Part shown: piece by piece, positions 58,502 to 64,000 of the stretch
How positions within the stretch are numbered: position 1 is the stretch's first letter
Layout of the letters: each line of letters opens with the position of its first letter
DNA from: Bdellovibrionales bacterium
GTDB taxonomy: Bacteria; Bdellovibrionota; Bdellovibrionia; Bdellovibrionales; JAGQZY01
Length of the DNA stretch: 64,000 nucleotides
Reading direction: 5' to 3'
NCBI GenBank assembly: GCA_964230645.1
Contig: CAXRHT010000002.1
Span: forward strand, 1,891,175-1,955,174
Notes under the pieces: generated by a model
Seen by the model: only the letters and a program-made list of their open reading frames with translations
Told to the model about the DNA's origin: nothing
The model's database searches: none
Made by a program: the position numbers and the translations under genes

Positions 58502-60211
58502 ATGTTAAAAGTCATAAGCTTATTCGTAACTTTTTATTTCTTTTTCTTTAGTTTTATTGGCCTGGGACTGGCACAATCCGATTGTCCAACGACACCACTA
58601 GAAATCGATGAGTTTCAGCCTGAAAGGCTAATCGAATGGATCGAAGAGAACAGATCAAATTTAAATTCTGCAAAGGACTTTCTTTGCTGTGTTCCAGAGC
58701 AGGTTAGAAGGCGATACGTCATAGCACACTCGAGTTTAGCTGCGCAGAATGGAAATGCGAAAAATCCGCGAGTGATTTTCTTTCACAAAAGTATTAAAGA
58801 CAGTATCAATCCCAATGACAATCGCTTGCATTTCGCGTTCTCAATTAATTCAGGCCGTTCCCACCTAAACAATCCTAACAATATAGAATTTGTGTACGCA
58901 GATCAAAACACTGGAGAATTAGATTATTTTGACCTAGAAATTTCACGAAATCATAAAGGTTTTATTGGGGGTAAAAACCCGGAAAAATGTATGGCCTGTC
59001 ATGGCACTAATAACTCTTACGGAGCTAAACCCCTATTTACTGACAGGCCTTGGCATAATTTTGTTTCTGGCAATACTTTTAATGTCGAAAAAAATGGTGA
59101 GACTCTGCAGTGTGAGCCAATACCCAAAGAGGTAACACGGAAAATCGACATCGGCGCTTTAGATGCTTTAATTGAAGATGCCACTGAAAACGATTCTAAT
59201 TTTTCATGTATGGACGTCGAAAAGCTCGCTAATTCCCGAAGCTCGATTTCAAATAGTGCAGAAGGGCGTGATTCCTCATTGTTAACAAACCTTATAGAAT
59301 TTGACGACTCCCTACGATATGCTCATCGTCATCGTATTTGGAAGGACATAAGTAAAGACCCCCAATTTAATAAGATGAAATACTTAATGATCGGAACTTC
59401 TCTTTGCGAAGACATTCGGTTACAAAACTGGATTCCTAGACAAGCATTGCAGAAAGCCTTTTTGAATATAGATTTTTACAACTTTGAATTTCAACCTGTC
59501 GCTCCCCACTCTCAAATCAAAAATTCACTTGGCTTAGTAATTCAGACATCACACAGAAAACTGCTACAGTTAACCCGGGAGTTTGACGATAGAACTGCAA
59601 ATCTACAAAGGGTGGCTGAACAACCTGATAATTGGCAGGAATTTTTAGAAAATTCAGACTCAAGCCTTCATTTCGGACGTAATCCCTTAGCTTGTTATCG
59701 AAATCGAGTTGATGGCCTTATTCAAAAAACCTTCTCAAAGTACAATGCAACTATGCCAATCCTCTCTCGTTTAGAATTAGACAATTTGTTGGCACGTGAA
59801 TCCAGTAACACAGGGAATCATCCTATTTTTCGAATCATCTACGAAGGACTGCTATCTCGTCCAGCTATTGATTTAAATATGAGCCTTTACGCGGGAGTCA
59901 GTTCAAATAATTTAGATTTTAAAAATCTGCCAATTTTATCTCAAGAACCATCTGAATCTCATCTATTAGAGTCACTTTTTAAAGAACATAACATCCGGTA
60001 TGGAGGTTTAAGCAACGATTTTGCCATGACTATTTCAACCCTAAGGAATAACGGTATACCATTCCTAGTCGAGGGCTCGACATGGAATTCTGAATCAAAT
60101 TCTTATGACCAGCAAAGAGTCTTTAGCTCAAGACTGTCTTCATCTCGACTCTGTAGAAGTTTAGAAACCTTGTCTTACTCCGCTCTATCAGAATTTACTT
60201 TTAACGACTGA
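58502..60211 (+). CDS. Secreted protein with a single CxxCH (putative monoheme cytochrome c)
   Basis: Signal peptide (GLAQ); NPEKCMACHG; paralog of 61778. Start placed at MLKVIS after GAGG, downstream of the sigma54 site. Confidence 0.75.
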   Translation: MLKVISLFVTFYFFFFSFIGLGLAQSDCPTTPLEIDEFQPERLIEWIEENRSNLNSAKDFLCCVPEQVRRRYVIAHSSLAAQNGNAKNPRVIFFHKSIKDSINPNDNRLHFAFSINSGRSHLNNPNNIEFVYADQNTGELDYFDLEISRNHKGFIGGKNPEKCMACHGTNNSYGAKPLFTDRPWHNFVSGNTFNVEKNGETLQCEPIPKEVTRKIDIGALDALIEDATENDSNFSCMDVEKLANSRSSISNSAEGRDSSLLTNLIEFDDSLRYAHRHRIWKDISKDPQFNKMKYLMIGTSLCEDIRLQNWIPRQALQKAFLNIDFYNFEFQPVAPHSQIKNSLGLVIQTSHRKLLQLTREFDDRTANLQRVAEQPDNWQEFLENSDSSLHFGRNPLACYRNRVDGLIQKTFSKYNATMPILSRLELDNLLARESSNTGNHPIFRIIYEGLLSRPAIDLNMSLYAGVSSNNLDFKNLPILSQEPSESHLLESLFKEHNIRYGGLSNDFAMTISTLRNNGIPFLVEGSTWNSESNSYDQQRVFSSRLSSSRLCRSLETLSYSALSEFTFND

Positions 60212-60242
60212 CTTAGGTTTTTAGTCATTTGATCTACTAGGA

Positions 60243-60953
60243 CTATTCGCGCAAAGCACTCCCTACATAGGGCTCATTGCGTTTTAAGATGTTTGGATAC
60301 ACTATGAACAAAAGTACAATAATCGTTGTCTTGTAAAACCAAAATCCAATAAAAAGACCGGTAATCATGTGAAAAATAACAGCACCGAATCCCCAATATA
60401 ATATTGGCAACCTGAAGAATATGGGAAGTGCCGTTGACAGTTGAAATATAATAACTCCAATAAATCCGAGTGTGACAATGTATGGAAACTGTCTAATCAG
60501 CTCAAAAAGAATTGGGGGCGGACCGAATCCCTCAGCAATAGTTTCAGCTACTGCTTCAGTGCCAGCAAATTTTAAATAATTAATCGGAGATTCTGACTTT
60601 ATAAAGGTGATGAGTTTCCATGCTCCTGCTAAAAAATAGTGAGATAGTAGTATTTTTTGAAATAAATCAATTTTTTTAAAGTTCTTGGGCGAAAAAAGAT
60701 CCTCTTTGGGGGCAAGGAAACAAACCAAAATCATTGAAAGCCTCCAACCAAACTCTCCGATCCTCTCTCTTGTGAGTTCATCTTTTACCCAAAAAAGGAG
60801 AATAAAGAAAAAACAACAACCTATAAGTGAATTCTTATCGTGATAAAAGATACATCGAGCACATAGAAAAAGTGTTACAAAATACAAAATTATTTTCGCA
60901 AATTCCAAACCAACATTGTCGATAGTACTCGTTTGGATGATCTCATACCCCAT
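60243..60953 (-). CDS. Divergent HTTM-like membrane protein
   Basis: Multi-TM; YFLAGAWKL, FQL and FHMITG parallel the 36510 protein. Confidence 0.6.
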   Translation of the reverse strand: MGYEIIQTSTIDNVGLEFAKIILYFVTLFLCARCIFYHDKNSLIGCCFFFILLFWVKDELTRERIGEFGWRLSMILVCFLAPKEDLFSPKNFKKIDLFQKILLSHYFLAGAWKLITFIKSESPINYLKFAGTEAVAETIAEGFGPPPILFELIRQFPYIVTLGFIGVIIFQLSTALPIFFRLPILYWGFGAVIFHMITGLFIGFWFYKTTIIVLLFIVYPNILKRNEPYVGSALRE

Positions 60954-60999
60954 TGAGTTGACTTGAAAAAATGATAAAAGAAAGTAGGTTTGAAGGAAC

Positions 61000-61410
61000 T
61001 TAGAGATTTATGACCTCGTGATTAAAATATTTTACGGGTGTATTGAAAATAAAGTAGTTGGAAAAAGAGCTTCTAATCCTTACGATTTGAACATTTCTAC
61101 AATTACATAATCTTCGCAGCTCTTGTTTATGAACTTTATTTAATGAACTTACGCGGTTCTCTTTTAGAATATTGCTTATTTCGTAGTAAGGTTTCGGGAC
61201 TCTCTTTTTGTTCATTGCCATCATTTTAAGAAAGTATTTTTTTTCGGCTTGTTTTCCCACGGTCCAGTATAAGTCACTGAATTCCTTTTTCGTATCAAAG
61301 GCAAAAATAGCCCACCTGGCAAAAATAACTTTCACGTCAAGGGAAGGGAAAGCAGGTACAATGAGTAGACAAAAAAGAATATATAGAGCTACAATCTTTC
61401 CATTCGTCAT
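61000..61410 (-). CDS. HTTM partner-like protein
   Basis: N-terminal TM then FARWAIFA; same position and size as the 37384 gene. Confidence 0.5.
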   Translation of the reverse strand: MTNGKIVALYILFCLLIVPAFPSLDVKVIFARWAIFAFDTKKEFSDLYWTVGKQAEKKYFLKMMAMNKKRVPKPYYEISNILKENRVSSLNKVHKQELRRLCNCRNVQIVRIRSSFSNYFIFNTPVKYFNHEVINL

Positions 61411-61777
61411 AAATTCCTAAGCTGTTTGTAGAATCATCTTATAATTTTTAGACACCTAGATAAACCTAGTTGAGGTCCACGCTTGTAAGAATAATAGCAA
61501 ATATACAGAGAGGAGGTACAGTTACAGCATTAAAATATGAACTTTATGGCCGTTGATAGTGCGCCTTATAATTTACTCCAGGTGGCCCTCTGTTTATCCA
61601 GAAGAATTTGCGCATCCTAGTCAGATCTTATAAGGCAAAACTGTAGTACCTCTTCTCTAGACAGACGGCTAAAGACTTAGGTCCTGTGCCTATGTCTGTT
61701 AACTTAGTACCACATCAGCGGTTTAGTTATACCTAAAAAGCCTTTTAGGCTTTATCTATGTGCTGTAGCATAAATAT

Positions 61778-63259
61778 ATGAAATTAATTTTGCTAATTCT
61801 TATAATCTTAGTATATACGCCAGCTTCGTTTCCCCGCAATCCAGACTGTGACGGGACCCCCATTGCTAACGAAGACCCATTTGCTTTCCTCCAATGGGTT
61901 AAGCATAACGGAAACCTAAACAAAAAGATTTCTGATGTGATCTGCTGTATGCCGGTGAAGTTTAGAAGCAGCTACAAAGTTAGTCACTCGAGTGTATCAG
62001 CCCAAGCCGCTCATTACAAAAGTCCACGTTTAATTTTCGGAAACCTAGAGAATGACAATATTACCTTCTCAATCAGCGGAGGAGACCCAACACTGCCGCA
62101 ATCTAATAGTATCGAAATAATTATCGACAGAAACGACGAATTGGAACTTTATGATGTCGAGTTTGGAGAGGACGGAAAAAAACATGGAAGCAAAAAAAAT
62201 CCAGAACTATGCATGTCCTGCCATGGAAATTTTGGTGAATTAACCGCTGGTGGTCCTCGAGTGGTCTTTTCCAAGCTTCCCTGGCAACGTATGACGACTC
62301 AGGCCGTTGGCTCAGAGTGTACAAATCAAGGTAATTTCCAGAGAGAGGCAAGAAGGATAACCTATGAGGCCATCGAGAAAAATCCGCGTTTTCGCTGCTT
62401 ACCTTCACCTGGCCCTGAGAATGATACTGATATCTTCTACGATGAATATCTGGAAAGAATTAATTTCAAGCGGGTGATCGTCGAAATGAACGCGACACCG
62501 GATTTCCGACAAATACGAAATTTTATAATGGGTGTAAAAGGTGGCTGCCTCGCTTACTACGACATTAAAAAGTTGAAGTTGAAGAATTTTACAAAAGTCG
62601 AACAATGGTTTTCGGATAGGTATCTCAATGAAAATGATAATCTAGTTCTTATTAAACGAGACCTTATTAATGCAGAACAAGAAAACAAGGTAGAAGATTT
62701 CTTGAGTACTAAAATAGACGAATTCCATCAACAAGGCCAAAGAGAGGCGCAGGAATTTCAACAAAAGACACAAGCACTATTAGCTGGTGAATTTCCCACT
62801 ATAACGACCTATCCGAAGTTATCAACCTGTGAAAGCATCGAAGGTCACAAAAGAGGCCTAAAAAAATTATTAGGTTTAGTTTCGAGTTACCCCAAGAATG
62901 TCAGACTCTATATCTATGATATGGTAATCCGTAGTATGGAAAATGGGCGTGTAGAAACAGGAATTGATATTATAAAAAACGGCCTTGTACGATGGGCTTT
63001 TGAGTCAAGGGGTTTAAATATAGTAGGGTGGGATATGAGCTTAATACCAAACTATTCTAGAAACTTACTTCCGGCAATTGACAGGCTTGAAGATTACCTC
63101 GATTTGAGATCTGTTTTTGCTAATTTTGAAAGAACTTCTAATGATGAGGACCGAGTCGCGTTTGCTCAACAGTGTAGTGATCTTATGTTAAAAACTCGTA
63201 ACCTCTCTTCTGTTAAAAAAACCAAGAAAAAGATGCCAAAGAAGAAAGTTAAAAAATAG
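61778..63259 (+). CDS. Secreted protein with a single CxxCH (paralog of 58502)
   Basis: Signal peptide; DC..TP, ICCMP, HSSVSAQ...PRLIF and NPELCMSCHG; Lys-rich tail. Confidence 0.75.
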   Translation: MKLILLILIILVYTPASFPRNPDCDGTPIANEDPFAFLQWVKHNGNLNKKISDVICCMPVKFRSSYKVSHSSVSAQAAHYKSPRLIFGNLENDNITFSISGGDPTLPQSNSIEIIIDRNDELELYDVEFGEDGKKHGSKKNPELCMSCHGNFGELTAGGPRVVFSKLPWQRMTTQAVGSECTNQGNFQREARRITYEAIEKNPRFRCLPSPGPENDTDIFYDEYLERINFKRVIVEMNATPDFRQIRNFIMGVKGGCLAYYDIKKLKLKNFTKVEQWFSDRYLNENDNLVLIKRDLINAEQENKVEDFLSTKIDEFHQQGQREAQEFQQKTQALLAGEFPTITTYPKLSTCESIEGHKRGLKKLLGLVSSYPKNVRLYIYDMVIRSMENGRVETGIDIIKNGLVRWAFESRGLNIVGWDMSLIPNYSRNLLPAIDRLEDYLDLRSVFANFERTSNDEDRVAFAQQCSDLMLKTRNLSSVKKTKKKMPKKKVKK

Positions 63260-63281
63260 CTATAAATAAAAAGAAGGAATT

Positions 63282-64000
63282 ATGATTTCGGTTTTTAATA
63301 GATTCAATTTTTTATTTTTGTTTTTTTCACTCTTTATTTTCATTGCCTGTGAAAACAGTGTGGAAGGAGATCTTAAAGACCCAATACCGACAAATGGCCT
63401 TGTGGTTTATTATAGTTTTGACGACTTTTCAGGTGCACAAGTAAGAGATTTGTCGGGCAATGAGAACAATGCTGCTTTAGTTGGAGACTACGATACAGTT
63501 GAAGGGCGCTCACAGAACGCTCTGGCGTTAACAGGTTCTGGATATGCAATTTTAGAAAATCCTGAAAATTTACCAACCGGCAACTCCCCTCGTACTCTAA
63601 CTTACTGGGTCCAACTAAACGCGATTTCACCTGCACAAATTTTTGGGGGTTATGGGGATACCCAAAACTGTGAAAATTTTCAAGGTGGACTGGATACAAC
63701 TTCCGGAGAATTTCTTAGTTTTTTTGGGTGGGGTGACTGCAATCATGAAAGCACAGCTAACCTCACCGAATTCGTTGACGATCGATTTCACCACATTGCC
63801 TACGTCTACAATGGAAACTCTATAATTATGTATCTAGACGGTATGGCTTTAGGGTCAGTCACCCTAAATCTCAACACTACAGCTTCAACTTTGTGTGTGG
63901 GAGGAGAGGTTAGCGGGTCTACTTGTGTAAGACTCTTCAATGGGAACATCGACGAATTTAGAATTTATAATAGAGCTCTGACATCTGGAGAAATTGAAAC
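63282..64000 (+). CDS. LamG/concanavalin A-like domain lipoprotein, runs off the window
   Basis: Absent from the ORF track. Manual translation: MISVFNRF...FIAC lipobox, GLVVYYSFD...DLSGNENN, RTLTYWV, HHIAYVYNG..IMYLDG and FNGNIDEFRIYNRAL. Confidence 0.9.
   Translation, partial: MISVFNRFNFLFLFFSLFIFIACENSVEGDLKDPIPTNGLVVYYSFDDFSGAQVRDLSGNENNAALVGDYDTVEGRSQNALALTGSGYAILENPENLPTGNSPRTLTYWVQLNAISPAQIFGGYGDTQNCENFQGGLDTTSGEFLSFFGWGDCNHESTANLTEFVDDRFHHIAYVYNGNSIIMYLDGMALGSVTLNLNTTASTLCVGGEVSGSTCVRLFNGNIDEFRIYNRALTSGEIE

Noticed and set aside
61633..61712. c-di-GMP-I riboswitch (GGCAAA...ACGGCTAAAG)
   Set aside because: It lacks the GNRA tetraloop/receptor and a convincing P1 helix; the alternative long-range pairing is stronger.
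36510..64000. Prophage or integrative element call for the island
   Set aside because: No integrase, terminase, capsid, tail, transposase, tRNA target or att repeat was seen within the window.

Overview
Bacterial chromosomal segment, most likely from a Bdellovibrionota-type predator. This is inferred from the Gly-rich secreted proteins, the orphan mreB and the sigma28/sigma54 promoter usage. Bases 1-36.5 kb are core-like: a truncated His kinase, orphan mreB, glpD, the xseA-xseB-ispA-tlyA-patatin-pepP run headed by a 6S RNA, PBP1A, uvrA, an msbA-like ABC exporter, a PocR-type sigma54 activator, amgK-murU-anmK, rmuC, and a Tat-exported intradiol dioxygenase with a LysR regulator. Two copies of a ~170-180 bp palindromic element with a conserved multi-hairpin core lie at 15.4 and 21.3 kb. 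From ~36.5 kb to the end is an accessory island that looks more AT-rich by eye. It encodes seven radical SAM enzymes (four N-terminal-Twitch paralogs, two C-terminal-Twitch paralogs, one B12-binding), three 2OG-Fe(II) oxygenases, kinase-like, PLP, GNAT, PP-loop and SDR enzymes, three SGNH proteins and a DUF5989-like peptide missing from the ORF track. It also has two HTTM+partner pairs at its edges, two paralogous secreted CxxCH proteins and a LamG lipoprotein. No scaffold synthase, integrase, phage structural gene, CRISPR array, tRNA or rRNA was seen. The island is the best candidate for an undescribed system. All calls come from reading motifs by eye; no searches were run.
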